A stretch of 64,000 nucleotides of DNA from Acidobacteriota bacterium (lineage in GTDB: Bacteria; Acidobacteriota; Vicinamibacteria; Vicinamibacterales; JAKQTR01), in NCBI GenBank assembly GCA_040752275.1, contig JBFMFH010000002.1:5958-69957 (forward strand), written 5' to 3'. Numbering within the stretch: the first letter of the stretch is position 1; each line of letters opens with the position of its first letter. The notes under the pieces were generated by a model. The model was not told the DNA's origin, made no database searches, and worked only from the letters and a program-made list of their open reading frames with translations. A program made the position numbers and the translations under genes. Positions 34,317-46,059 of the stretch are shown here, piece by piece.

Positions 34317-35110
34317 GTCCGGCCCCTGCGTTGGCGGCCCGCCTCGAAGAGCGTGATCCCGACGGCCACGGCGACGTTGAGCGACTCGACGGCACTTCGC
34401 ATGGAAATGGTGATGCACACCTCGAGGTCCGAGGCGACACCCGCAGCCAGGCCCGAACCCTCGGCCCCGGCGACGACCAGCGCCGGGTGCTCGAGGTCCG
34501 CGTCGTACAGGCTCACGCCGTCGCGCGGCACGAGCCCGACCAGGCGCAGGCCCAGCGACCGGGCCTGATCCCGCACGACGCTCCAGTCGGTCTCGACGGC
34601 CACGGGCAGACGGAATGCCGAGCCCATCGCTCCCCGAAGCGCCTTCCAGCCGAACGGATCCGCGGTGGGCCCGACGGCGACGACGCCGGTTGCCGCCGCC
34701 GCATCGGCGGCCCGGACAATCGCACCGACGTTGCCCGGATCCTGCACGCCCGCGATCGCCACCACCAGGGCATTCGGCCCGGCGAGGGCCTTCGCCAGCG
34801 GCCAGGTCGGCCGCGCGGCGATCGCGAGAGTCCCGCTCGGGGTCTGCACGGGACTGGCGGCATCCAGGACGCCGTCCGACACGTCGAGGCACGGCGTGCC
34901 TGCGTCTTCGAGCCGGGTGCGGAGCTGAAGGGCGGAGGGTCGGCTCAGAGCACGACGGCTGATGGCTGCGAGATGCACGGTGACGCCCGCCGACAGCGCC
35001 TCGTCAACAAGGTGTTCGCCATCAAGCAGGATGTCGCCGTCGCCTCGCCCGCGGACGATGTCGCGGCAACGCCGGACGAACGGGTGCTGGCGGCTCGTGA
35101 TGATGGTCAT
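34313..35110 (-). CDS. TrmH/SpoU family RNA 2'-O-methyltransferase
   Basis: SpoU motifs QDPGNVGAIVRAADAA and SLNVAVAVGITLFE. Confidence 0.8.
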   Translation of the reverse strand: MTIITSRQHPFVRRCRDIVRGRGDGDILLDGEHLVDEALSAGVTVHLAAISRRALSRPSALQLRTRLEDAGTPCLDVSDGVLDAASPVQTPSGTLAIAARPTWPLAKALAGPNALVVAIAGVQDPGNVGAIVRAADAAAATGVVAVGPTADPFGWKALRGAMGSAFRLPVAVETDWSVVRDQARSLGLRLVGLVPRDGVSLYDADLEHPALVVAGAEGSGLAAGVASDLEVCITISMRSAVESLNVAVAVGITLFEAGRQRRGRT

Positions 35111-35247
35111 GATGGCGGGGCGGAGGGCGAGTCGAGCATACCAGATGTGCTAGACTCCGAGTTTAACCCTGCTGTGGCGAACCGGCGAGAGAGGCCCGTC
35201 GCGCGGCAGCGCCGGCGTGACGGCGCCGACATCCGGGTCGCCGCGAG

Positions 35248-35748
35248 GTGGCCGATCAAGGCGAGACGATTGAGACCATGAAGGCACGCATCTTGAAACG
35301 GTTCGAAGACGAAATCGCGGAGCTCGACCGCGAGTTGCGCACGGAACTGCCGCAGGAGATCAAGCGCGCGCGCGAGCATGGCGATCTCAGCGAGAACGCC
35401 GAGTACCAAGCGGCCAAGGAGCGGCAGTCCTACGTCCAGGCCCGGATCGGCATGCTGCGCAAGCGGATGGCCGAGATTTCCCTGATGAACCTCGATCGGC
35501 TGCCGACCGACCGCGTCGCGTTCGGCTCGAGCGTCGTGCTGATCGAGGACGGCAACGGGGCCGAGGTGACTTACCAGCTCGTGATGCCGGAGGACGCCGA
35601 CGCCACCAAGGGACTCATCTCGACGAGTTCGCCGATCGGCAAGGCCCTCCTGGGGAAGCAGCAGGGCGACGAGGTCGTCGTGCCCACCCCGACCGGCGTC
35701 CGGCGCTTCGAGCTGGTCAAGCTGACGACAGTCCACGACGCTAAGTGA
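35248..35748 (+). CDS. greA: transcription elongation factor GreA
   Basis: HGDLSENAEYQAAKERQ coiled-coil tip plus a C-terminal FKBP-like domain. The start is either GTG 35248 or ATG 35278 (MKARILKRF). Confidence 0.9.
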   Translation: MADQGETIETMKARILKRFEDEIAELDRELRTELPQEIKRAREHGDLSENAEYQAAKERQSYVQARIGMLRKRMAEISLMNLDRLPTDRVAFGSSVVLIEDGNGAEVTYQLVMPEDADATKGLISTSSPIGKALLGKQQGDEVVVPTPTGVRRFELVKLTTVHDAK

Positions 35749-35833
35749 TGTCGGCGCTCATGTGGTGTTCGCTCCAGTGCCGCGGGCTGACGCCCGCGAC
35801 CCGCGACAGCACTCCCGGCAACGGTGGCGGTTC

Positions 35834-37255
35834 ATGACCGAGCCCTGGCTGGAAGCGACGCGACCGGGCCAGACCGGCTACTCACCCAAGAGCCGGACTG
35901 CGCTGATCCTGACGGGCGCGGGCACGGCGGGCGCCTACCATGCCGGAGTGCTGCGGGCGCTGGGCGAGGCGGGCGTACGGGTCGACCTCGTGGCGGGGCA
36001 GGGGATCGGCGTCGTTGGCGCCTATTTCGCGGCCATCGACGGTGCCAGCCGCCTGTGGGGTGCAGACGGGCTGTGGAGGAGCGGCGAGGTCGTCAGCCTC
36101 TACCGATGGCGCGCTGCCCTCCGCTGGCTGGCCTGGGGTGCCGGCGCGGCCCTGGCAGTCGTGGCGGTACCGCTCGTCGCGCTGGCGGCTGGTCTCGGCG
36201 TCTTCGTGGTGGCGTTCCTCGGGAGTCTCGTGGGGCTGTCGGCCAGCGAGCAGATTTCAGACCGCTACACTGCGATCGTGCACGACCTCTTTCTGCCGGG
36301 CCGCCTGCCGGCGTGGGTGGCCCAGGCGGCGGTCTTCCTTCTGGCAGTTGTCTTCATCATCCTGCTCATTGCGGCCATGCGTGGCGCGCCGAAAGGGCGC
36401 CATCGCGAGCGCGGCCGCTTCTGGTGGCGCGTGCTCGGCGCACCGCTGTCGGCACGCGGAGCCGTCGGCGCGTCGCGGCGGGCGCTGTGGCGGCTGATCG
36501 CCGGCGGGGCCCGCGTGGCCGAGCCGGACGCCCTGGAACTCTCGCACCGTTACGCGGAGTTGCTGGCCGACAACCTGGGCCAGCCCGGTTTCCGTGAGCT
36601 CATCGTCCTCGTGCACGACCTCGACACCAGGCGCGATCTCATTGGCGCCGCGCTGGGCGAGGCCTATCGTCAGGGCTTCTTCGGCCGTCGCCACGGGGCT
36701 GGGGCCTGGCCCGCCCGTGCGGGAGAAGCCCTCGACCTGGCGGGCATGGATCGGGACCATGTCATGGACGTTCTTGCGGCGGCCCTGTCGGTGCCCGTCG
36801 TCAACGAACCCTCGAGCCTGACCTTCTCCCCGGAGGGCTACTGGCGGGGCGAGACCCACCGCGTCTGCGACCGCCCCGGATCGGTGGCGCGGCTCCTCGA
36901 GGAAGTGTCCGCCGCCGGAGCGGAACAGGTGATCGTGGTCTCGGCGTCCGCGGCGCTCGAAGAGCCGCACACCTTGGAGGTCCTGCGAATCGACGGGCGG
37001 GGCAAGGTGGGCGCATGGCTGGCCGCCCAGGAGATGGCCTCGACGCGCGACGCCGTGCGGGCGCGCGCATCGTCGTTCCGCAATGTCCACTGGATCCGGC
37101 CCGCGCACAACCCGGTCGGACCGTTCGGCTTCGGCGGAGTGTTCGACGAACGATCGGACCGGATGTTGTCGATTGGCGAGCTCGTCGACCGCGGGTACGA
37201 GGACGCCTTCCGGCAGTTCATCGAACCGGTGGTGGGAGGCACGGATCAGGCCTGA
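35834..37255 (+). CDS. patatin-like membrane protein lacking the canonical nucleophile serine
   Basis: Oxyanion-like LILTGAGTAGAYHAGVLRAL is followed by VAGQGIGVVGA where GxSxG is expected. Two or three internal hydrophobic helices (AALAVVAVPLVALAAGLGVFVVAFLGSLVGL; AAVFLLAVVFIILLIAAM). Confidence 0.65.
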   Translation: MTEPWLEATRPGQTGYSPKSRTALILTGAGTAGAYHAGVLRALGEAGVRVDLVAGQGIGVVGAYFAAIDGASRLWGADGLWRSGEVVSLYRWRAALRWLAWGAGAALAVVAVPLVALAAGLGVFVVAFLGSLVGLSASEQISDRYTAIVHDLFLPGRLPAWVAQAAVFLLAVVFIILLIAAMRGAPKGRHRERGRFWWRVLGAPLSARGAVGASRRALWRLIAGGARVAEPDALELSHRYAELLADNLGQPGFRELIVLVHDLDTRRDLIGAALGEAYRQGFFGRRHGAGAWPARAGEALDLAGMDRDHVMDVLAAALSVPVVNEPSSLTFSPEGYWRGETHRVCDRPGSVARLLEEVSAAGAEQVIVVSASAALEEPHTLEVLRIDGRGKVGAWLAAQEMASTRDAVRARASSFRNVHWIRPAHNPVGPFGFGGVFDERSDRMLSIGELVDRGYEDAFRQFIEPVVGGTDQA

Positions 37256-37291
37256 CGGCGGGACTCACGCGTCGGCGGGCACGACGGAGCG

Positions 37292-38737
37292 TCAGCCTCC
37301 CTTCTTCCTCTCGGTCCTTTCGCTACCCGCATGATCGTGCAGGAACTGCATCGCGAGATCGCGGATCACGCAGCCCAGCTCATCCTCGGACCCGGCGCCG
37401 TACTTCTGCTGGAACGCTTCGAGCGGCACGACCGCCTTGGCCATGGCGCGATGACCCCCGGCGCTGCCGAGGTCGGCGAAGATCCTGCGGACCATCTCGC
37501 CCGCGTTCCGCGTATAGCCCAGGTTGCGGACCGAGACGACGAGCGTGGGCCCGACCGTCCCTGCGACAATCGTCCACTTGACGTCTTCGACCTGCAGGAA
37601 GAAGTCGGCGACATAGGGGATGAAGTCCTCCCTCGGCAAGCTGCCCAGGTACACCGAGAACACCTGTTCGTCGAGCGTGCCCGTCTGCTGCGCCAGGGTG
37701 ACGTACTCCAGACGCTCGCTAGTGATTTCGGCGCCCTCCATCTTGCGGATCAGAGCGGGATCGGCGAGGGGGTACAGGTAGGAGAAGGCCTCGATGTCGA
37801 CACGGCTGGCCTGCCGGTTGAAGAAGAGCGTGTCGGACTTGATGGCGTACAGCATGGCCGTCGCGGTGCGTTCCGAGATGTTCACGTCCACGGCCCGGAG
37901 GTGCTCGGTCAGGATCGTGCAGGTCGAACCGTAGTCCGGCCTGATGTCACGGAACACGGCGCTGTATCCCGCTTGCTGCGGGTGGTGATCGATGACGAGA
38001 TCGACGCGGTCGATGAGGCCGCCGAAGTAGTGCGGCTGGACGTCGACCATGGCCACGGCATCGAACTCCTGCAGGGCGGCCGCCGGGATGGTGTCGACGT
38101 GAATGTCGAGGAGGTTCACCATCCGGAGGTTCTCCGGACGCGTCACGCCCTGCAATGCGCCGATGATGGCGGTTGCCTTCGTCCGCCGCAGGAGGTTGCG
38201 CAGCGCGAGGCCCGACGCCATCGCGTCCGGGTCAGGGTCGTTGTGCAGCAGGATCAGGACGCGGCTGACATCGTTGAAATACCGCTGGTACTGCTGGACT
38301 CGTGCGCGGGTCATCGACCGGCTGATTTCTCCCACCAGCGGGCCGCCGATCAACTCGGGCATCTCGAGGAACCCGATTTCCGGGAAGACGGCGCGCAGCT
38401 GCTCCTCCCGCTTCTCGCGGCCCTTGCCGTTTCGCGAACCGGGGGCGGCCAGGACGTACACGAGCAGGCCACCCGCGCCGCGGATGGCTTCGGCGATGCG
38501 CTTCAGGCTCGTCCGCCCGTTGTCCTCGATGATGACGCAGGTGTTCGGCGACAGATCGGCCTTGAGAAAGGTATCGGTCCGGCGGATATCGGCCGCAGCA
38601 ATCGTCAGCCCGGCGTCGTGGAGTCGCCGTGCGAGGGGACGGCTCTCGACCAGGAATTCGACGTCGAATCTGGGCGGCAGCACCTCTTCGAGAAGCCTGA
38701 CGACCAGCTCGCTATGACAAACGGCCAGACATCTCAT
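37292..38737 (-). CDS. DHH/DHHA1 family phosphoesterase with an N-terminal regulatory-type domain
   Basis: HNDPDPDAMASGLAL, DHH (VIDHHP) and C-terminal GGHRAMAKA motifs. Confidence 0.75.
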   Translation of the reverse strand: MRCLAVCHSELVVRLLEEVLPPRFDVEFLVESRPLARRLHDAGLTIAAADIRRTDTFLKADLSPNTCVIIEDNGRTSLKRIAEAIRGAGGLLVYVLAAPGSRNGKGREKREEQLRAVFPEIGFLEMPELIGGPLVGEISRSMTRARVQQYQRYFNDVSRVLILLHNDPDPDAMASGLALRNLLRRTKATAIIGALQGVTRPENLRMVNLLDIHVDTIPAAALQEFDAVAMVDVQPHYFGGLIDRVDLVIDHHPQQAGYSAVFRDIRPDYGSTCTILTEHLRAVDVNISERTATAMLYAIKSDTLFFNRQASRVDIEAFSYLYPLADPALIRKMEGAEITSERLEYVTLAQQTGTLDEQVFSVYLGSLPREDFIPYVADFFLQVEDVKWTIVAGTVGPTLVVSVRNLGYTRNAGEMVRRIFADLGSAGGHRAMAKAVVPLEAFQQKYGAGSEDELGCVIRDLAMQFLHDHAGSERTERKKGG

Positions 38738-38778
38738 CGCGCGCTCGATGACGGCCGCCGGGAGGGGCGCAAAGACAT
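38734..38778 (-). CDS. 14-codon upstream ORF (MSLRPSRRPSSSAR) translationally coupled to the DHH gene
   Basis: AAGGAG (38790-38785), then 6 nt, then ATG 38778. Its TGA overlaps (ATGA) the DHH ATG at 38737. TATAAT lies immediately upstream at 38796-38791. Confidence 0.3.
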   Translation of the reverse strand: MSLRPSRRPSSSAR

Positions 38779-38872
38779 ACCGAACTCCTTATTATACGAT
38801 CTCCGGGCGGGCGAGGAGGGGTTGCTGCGCGGGCGAAGCCGTGAAGCCCCGGGCCTGCCGCCCGCTTGAAGG

Positions 38873-38878
38873 TAGAAT
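38873..38878 (+). promoter_or_regulatory. -10-like GGTAGAAT upstream of the VWA gene
   Basis: TAGAAT lies 48 nt before TTG 38927, in a divergent 190-bp spacer. Confidence 0.3.
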
Positions 38879-38926
38879 CTCGACGAGCCCACAGGGGGCA
38901 CGTACTCGTCCCGGAGGCCACCCGCC

Positions 38927-39832
38927 TTGCGACTGCCTCGCGTGTTCGTCGTAGCCCTGCTCGCCGGCCTGTGCTGGGTCAGGCCCGGAGCTCAGGTCTT
39001 CCGGAGCCAGGTCGATCTCGTCAGCTTCGGCGTGACGGTCGTGGACCGGAAGGGTGGCCTGGTGTCCGACCTGACAGCCGAGGACTTCGACCTCGTGGAG
39101 GATGGTGCGCGCCAGTCCCTCTCGCTCTTCGCGCGCGGCAATCGGGCCGAGTCGAGACCGGACCTGCACCTGGGCCTGCTGTTCGACACGAGCGGCAGCA
39201 TGGACGACGACATCCACTTCGCGCGGGGGGCGGCCATCAAGTTCCTCAACGCGCTTCCGGAGGCGGAGGACGTGACCCTGGTCGACTTCGACACGGAGGT
39301 CCGTGTCGCCCGCTACGGCCAGAATGACTTTGCCCGCCTCGTCGAGCGCATCCGCCATCGCCGGCCGGATGGCATGACGGCCTTCTACGACGCGATCGGC
39401 GTGTATCTGGACGGCGCAGCGTTCCAGGACGGGCGGAAGATCCTGGTCGTCTACACCGACGGGGCCGACACCGAGAGCACGATGGGATTCTCTGAGATGG
39501 TCGACCTGCTGAAGGCGTCGGACATCACGCTGTATGCCGTCGGCTTCCTCGAGCATGTGCCACGATCGGTCGTGATGGAGTTGCGCCTGCGTCTGATTCG
39601 ACTGGCCGAGATGACCGGGGGCCAGGCCTACTTTCCGGTGGTCGCCAAGGACCTGGACAGATCGTACGACGAGGTGCTGGCGGAGATCCGGGCGCAGTAC
39701 ACGCTCGGCTACGTGTCGACGAACCGCAAGCCCGACGGGACGTGGCGCAAGGTCCGGATCACGGTGAAGCGTCCCAGCCTCAAGGTGCGGGCCCGGGAGG
39801 GGTACTTCGCTCCCTATCGGGAGCGTCCGTAG
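38927..39832 (+). CDS. secreted VWA domain protein with the 'VWFA-related Acidobacterial' N-terminal motif
   Basis: TTG start 9 nt after GGAGG, followed by a signal peptide. [40 protein letters not shown], then a MIDAS-like LLFDTSGSM. Confidence 0.8.
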   Translation: MRLPRVFVVALLAGLCWVRPGAQVFRSQVDLVSFGVTVVDRKGGLVSDLTAEDFDLVEDGARQSLSLFARGNRAESRPDLHLGLLFDTSGSMDDDIHFARGAAIKFLNALPEAEDVTLVDFDTEVRVARYGQNDFARLVERIRHRRPDGMTAFYDAIGVYLDGAAFQDGRKILVVYTDGADTESTMGFSEMVDLLKASDITLYAVGFLEHVPRSVVMELRLRLIRLAEMTGGQAYFPVVAKDLDRSYDEVLAEIRAQYTLGYVSTNRKPDGTWRKVRITVKRPSLKVRAREGYFAPYRERP

Positions 39833-39867
39833 CGAACCTGCCGCGCCCCGAGGTGCGGCCATTTGCC

Positions 39868-41904
<2,037 letters not shown>

Positions 41905-42021
41905 GCCCTGAGCTCGCTCTATTGACGCTCCTCGTCCCGAGGCCAGGATCACGCTTCCCGTGTGCAGGGTTGTACAATGGACGACGAGGGGTTTGTGTTC
42001 CGATTCCAAGGAGACAGGACT

Positions 42022-42297
42022 ATGGGCAGTGAACGAGACCATGGAGCGGCCGGCGTCGTCGTGGCCTTTGCCCTTGGCGCACTTGCGGGGGCGGTGGTGG
42101 CCCTCCTTTTTGCCCCGGCGAAGGGCGGGGACACCCGCGGATACCTCAGCGACAGGGCCCGAGAGGGGCGCGAGAAGGTGAAGGACGCGGCAGGCAAGAC
42201 CCGGGAGTACCTGAACAAGCAGAAAGAAACCCTGGCGTCCGCGATCGACCGCGGGCGCGAGGCGTACCAGGCGGCGCGGGAGAAGGAGCAGGCGTGA
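42022..42297 (+). CDS. YtxH domain protein
   Basis: AAGGAGAC SD, then ATG 42022. TM helix plus LFAPAKGGDTRGYLSDRAREGREKVKD. Confidence 0.7.
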   Translation: MGSERDHGAAGVVVAFALGALAGAVVALLFAPAKGGDTRGYLSDRAREGREKVKDAAGKTREYLNKQKETLASAIDRGREAYQAAREKEQA

Positions 42298-42722
42298 CAG
42301 ACGTGTTTCTCGGCGTGATTGCCTTCGCCACCGTGACGATGGCCATCGTGCAGGTGCTGATCGTGCTGCATGCTGCCCGGCTGGCCCGGCGAGTCGATGT
42401 GCTGTCCACGCGGGTCGAGACCGAGCTGCAGCCTATTGCCGAGCGGCTGCGGGCGGTCTCGGAGAATGCGCAGCAGATCTCCGTCCTGGCCGCGGCGCAG
42501 TTCGAACGCGTCGATCACCTGGTCAGCAGCCTGTCGCGGCGGATCGACGAGACGGTCGGTCTCCTCCAGCATTCCCTCGTGGGTCCACTGAGGGAAGGGA
42601 TGGCGGTCGTCGCCGCCTTCCGCGGCGTCGTCGCGGCGGTCCGATCGTTCCGGGGAGGTGACGGGCTGCGAGAGGAGACCGGGCCGAGGTTCGACGAGGA
42701 AGACCCGCTGTTCATCGGGTGA
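42294..42722 (+). CDS. membrane-anchored coiled-coil protein (DUF948-like)
   Basis: N-terminal TM helix VFLGVIAFATVTMAIVQVLIVL followed by helical repeats. GTGA overlap with ytxH-like gene. Confidence 0.5.
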   Translation: MTDVFLGVIAFATVTMAIVQVLIVLHAARLARRVDVLSTRVETELQPIAERLRAVSENAQQISVLAAAQFERVDHLVSSLSRRIDETVGLLQHSLVGPLREGMAVVAAFRGVVAAVRSFRGGDGLREETGPRFDEEDPLFIG

Positions 42723-42886
42723 CCTATCCGCCGGCCCTCACGGACCGCAGAACGGCGCGCACCTGGGACGGGCGACAGACACGCACGCTCCAGAACGGTC
42801 CCCGTCGTGCCGTGCGCCCGTTGACGCCGGGTGGCGCGCGGTGGTAGAACACTGGCGACAGTCCGGCCCTCATCAAGGTGACTCTC

Positions 42887-43435
42887 ATGCACATGAGCCC
42901 GCACCGCCTCACGATCCTCCTGACGGTCCTGTTGCTGTTGGTACTGAGCGCGGCTGCGGGCGCTCAGGACCGATCGGCGGCGCTCGTCAAGGAACTCACG
43001 GGCCTGATGGAGACGGCCAAGATGACGACCGTAGCCGCGAAGGACCCGGGCGGCACCGACAGGTACACGGCTGCGATGTTCTTCCCCGGAAGCCAATTGC
43101 TCGTGGTGACGGCGAAGTACGAGCCTGCGGTGCTCCTCGATGACAAGCTCGCCAAGAAGGAATATCAGGACATCTACATCGACTTGAACAGCGCTGCCGT
43201 ACCGAACACGCGGGTGTTCTTCGAGGACCTCGGCGCCGACGGCCTCAAACCGGATCGCGAGGAAGGGAAGGCGATGGACTCGGTGGAGATGGGGGGCAAA
43301 CGCACCATCTTCGACGACGAATGGCGGAAGGACCAGAAGATCTCCGAGGCCGACTGGGCCAAGACGTTCGGCGACGCCGAGAAGGTCTACGTACGGCTGC
43401 TCGAAGCGCTCGTGGCCCAGGCCAAGAGGCGGTAG
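42887..43435 (+). CDS. secreted hypothetical protein
   Basis: Signal peptide M(H)MSPHRLTILLTVLLLLVLSAAAGAQD. Start ambiguous among GTG 42878, ATG 42887 and ATG 42893. Confidence 0.55.
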   Translation: MHMSPHRLTILLTVLLLLVLSAAAGAQDRSAALVKELTGLMETAKMTTVAAKDPGGTDRYTAAMFFPGSQLLVVTAKYEPAVLLDDKLAKKEYQDIYIDLNSAAVPNTRVFFEDLGADGLKPDREEGKAMDSVEMGGKRTIFDDEWRKDQKISEADWAKTFGDAEKVYVRLLEALVAQAKRR

Positions 43436-43614
43436 CAGCGCCAGGGGCGAACATCGCGCCCGACGATTCCCAACGACTGCACCATCGCGGACACGTCCGC
43501 CGCCTTCGTCTTGCAGGCGGTCAACACCTCCAGCGCACAGGATACGCCCGCCTGCGCCGGTCGCATGCGCCCGCGAGCGGCCCGCGTGCAGGCGCGGCGG
43601 AGGGGATCGCCGGG

Positions 43615-43620
43615 TACAAT
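43615..43620 (+). promoter_or_regulatory. -10-like TACAAT 6 nt upstream of GTG 43627 (leaderless candidate)
   Basis: gggTACAATgacagcGTG, with no SD. Confidence 0.35.
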
Positions 43621-43626
43621 GACAGC

Positions 43627-45552
43627 GTGGACTTCCTGGAGCCTTTCCGTCGTTCATCCTGGCGTGGGTCCGTGCCCGCGCTGCTGGCCGGCTCGGCAGT
43701 GCTTCTAGTCGGCGCGGCGTCTCCAGGACCCATCCTGCGCCAGACCCAGCGCGCGCAGCAGCCGCAGGACGTCCAGCAGCCCCAACAGCCCGTGTTCCGC
43801 GCAGGCGTGAGCCTCGTTCGCGTGGACGTGTCCGTGCGCGATCGCCGCGGTCGACCCATCGACGATTTGCAGGCCGACGACTTCGAAGTCTTCGAGGACG
43901 GCGTGCGGCAGACGATCGCGACATTGCAGCTGGTGAGCATCGACGGGCAGCCAGCGCCTGGCGACGACACGTCACTCGAGATTCGGTCCCAGGAGCACGC
44001 GCGGGCCGAGGCGGCGCGCGAGGACGTCCGGCTGTTCGCGATCCTCCTCGACGACTACCACATCTCGAAGCTGCCCCTCGGCATCATGCTGCGGCTTCGT
44101 CCGGCCCTGCTGGACTTCGTCCGCCAGTTCGCGCCAACGGACCTCGTGGCCGTCCTCGACCCTCTCACGCCGTTGAGCGCAGTCGAGTTCACCCGGAGCC
44201 GCTACGAGCTGGAAGAGCGAATCCGGAAGCTCGAGGGGAGGAAAGGGGAGTATTTCCCCATCAAGAGTGCGCTCGAGGAGTTTCACGCGCGGCAGCCGAA
44301 CGTCGCAGAGCTTCGGGCCGACCTGTCGCTCTCGACGCTCGAGGCTATCGTGACCTACCTCGGAGGGCTTCGCGAAGGCCGGAAGTCGGTCCTGTTCGTC
44401 AGCGAGGGGCCGCCCTTCACGCGGCCGGGACAGGCGCTCGACCACAGGGTCCGCGCCGTCATCGAGGCGGCGAACCGGGCGAATGTGACCATTCACGTGC
44501 TCGAACCGCGCGAGTTCGGTCCCGGTGACATCTGGGTCCGCGAGGTGCTGTTCCGATTCGCCAGCGAGACGGGTGGGCGACAGATCAGCAATCCCGAGGA
44601 CGACCGGGTGGGACTCAGCCAGGTGATCACGGACGCGAGCGCCTACTATCTGGTCGGCTACACCCCAACCCGGGAGTTCAACGACGGCAAGTTCCACGAG
44701 ATCGAGGTCAAGGTGAAGCGGTCGGGGACACAAGTGGCGGCCCGCAAAGGCTACTGGGCGCCGAAGGCCGAAGACATCGAGGCTGCCGCCAGGGCCGCGG
44801 CCGCGCGGCCGGATGTCCCGGGTCTAGAGGAGGCGCTATCGGGCCTGTCGGGTCCCCGCAGCGGAAGACCCGTTCGACTGTGGCAGGGTTTCGGGCCCGG
44901 GGGCGACTCGCTCACGCGAGTCACGCTGACCTGGGAGCCGGAGGAGGAGGGTGGGCTGCGGGCTGGAACCGCCACCCGCCTCACGATCGAGGTGCCGTCC
45001 GAGGAGCCGGGGACCGAGCCGAGGCTGGCTGTCACCACGGTGAGTGTCGGGAAGGAGGCCGATGGACCGACGGCGGCGTCGTTCGTGCACCCGCCAGGCT
45101 CGGCGACGCTGAGGCTGACCGCCCTGGGTGATGATGGGCGTGTGATCGACAAGTGGACGGCTCGCGTCGACGTGCCTGACTTCTCGGCGGCTCCGGTCGG
45201 CCTGGCGACCCCGCGCTTCTATCGTGCCCGGACGTTCCAGGCGTTCCGCCAACTGCAGGCCGCCGCGAATCCGACGCCGGTGGCCGCGCGGACCTTCCGC
45301 CGAACCGATCGCGTGCTCGTTGACCTGGCCGGCAGCGCGAAGACCGAAGAGCCACCGGCCCTGAAGGTGGAGTTGCTCGGGAGCACTGGGCAGATGCTGT
45401 CCGAGATGCCGCTGCCGGAACCCTCCGGCGGGCGCGTGCGGTTCGAACTCCCGGTTGGGCGCATCGCACCCGGCACATACGTCCTCCGCATCCAGGCGGT
45501 GGCCGGCGACCAGAAGGCCGAGCTGCTGGAGGCGTTCAAGATCGTTCCCTGA
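43627..45552 (+). CDS. large secreted VWA domain protein, second 'VWFA-related Acidobacterial' paralog
   Basis: FRAGVSLVRVDVSVRDRRGRPIDDLQADDFEVFEDGVRQTI parallels the N-terminus of the 38927 gene. Hydrophobic leader SVPALLAGSAVLLVGAASPG. The upstream 102 codons were rejected. Confidence 0.75.
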   Translation: MDFLEPFRRSSWRGSVPALLAGSAVLLVGAASPGPILRQTQRAQQPQDVQQPQQPVFRAGVSLVRVDVSVRDRRGRPIDDLQADDFEVFEDGVRQTIATLQLVSIDGQPAPGDDTSLEIRSQEHARAEAAREDVRLFAILLDDYHISKLPLGIMLRLRPALLDFVRQFAPTDLVAVLDPLTPLSAVEFTRSRYELEERIRKLEGRKGEYFPIKSALEEFHARQPNVAELRADLSLSTLEAIVTYLGGLREGRKSVLFVSEGPPFTRPGQALDHRVRAVIEAANRANVTIHVLEPREFGPGDIWVREVLFRFASETGGRQISNPEDDRVGLSQVITDASAYYLVGYTPTREFNDGKFHEIEVKVKRSGTQVAARKGYWAPKAEDIEAAARAAAARPDVPGLEEALSGLSGPRSGRPVRLWQGFGPGGDSLTRVTLTWEPEEEGGLRAGTATRLTIEVPSEEPGTEPRLAVTTVSVGKEADGPTAASFVHPPGSATLRLTALGDDGRVIDKWTARVDVPDFSAAPVGLATPRFYRARTFQAFRQLQAAANPTPVAARTFRRTDRVLVDLAGSAKTEEPPALKVELLGSTGQMLSEMPLPEPSGGRVRFELPVGRIAPGTYVLRIQAVAGDQKAELLEAFKIVP

Positions 45553-45627
45553 AGGAACTGCGGGATCCGGCGCGGAGTCCACTCGACATCCTGTGGGGGC
45601 GTGTGGGACGGTGACGGGGCCGGAGGG

Positions 45628-45674
45628 GCGTGGTGGGCGCTAGTGGATTCGAACCACTGACCCCCGCCGTGTGA
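45628..45674 (-). repeat. distal att repeat: orphan copy of the 3' half of tRNA-Val (CCA end through the anticodon)
   Basis: Base-for-base identical to 50914-50960. The sequences diverge immediately after gtga. Confidence 0.9.
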
Positions 45675-46057
45675 CGTCGGACTGGTTCGGCTGTCTGTGC
45701 GCTGGGGATCCCGCGCAGGCCGAGCAGTCGTTGATCGGGCTGGTGGCGCGCGTGCCCGCCGAGGTCGGCGCGCCGTCTGCGGAACGCCCGGATCCGATCG
45801 CGCGGTTGCGGGATGAGCTCGCCACATTGGAGGCGGCCGAAGAGCAGGCCGTTGACAACGCGATTTCGGCCGGCGTGATCGTCGCCCATCGGCCCGCGGT
45901 GGTTCAGCGGCGCGAGAACGAGAAGCGCCGGCGCGAGCTCGACGAACAGGCCGTGGCCCGCCGCGCCGAACGCCAGCGCGCCCTCGATGCGCAGTTTGGC
46001 AACCAGGCGCCGCGCGCGATGGCGAGTCAGTACATCGCGTCGAATGGGAAGCTCTGA
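45671..46057 (+). CDS. hypothetical protein (island)
   Basis: GC3-rich ORF with a charged coiled-coil-like C-terminus. Its stop lies 2 nt before the next ATG. The start is uncertain. Confidence 0.35.
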   Translation: MTSDWFGCLCAGDPAQAEQSLIGLVARVPAEVGAPSAERPDPIARLRDELATLEAAEEQAVDNAISAGVIVAHRPAVVQRRENEKRRRELDEQAVARRAERQRALDAQFGNQAPRAMASQYIASNGKL

Positions 46058-46059
46058 CG

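Noticed and set aside
34317-34892. 192-codon N-terminal extension of the rarA ORF (R/G-rich).
   Set aside because: It overlaps the well-supported SpoU methyltransferase gene. The canonical RarA N-terminus starts at ATG 34316, which has an ATGA overlap with that gene.
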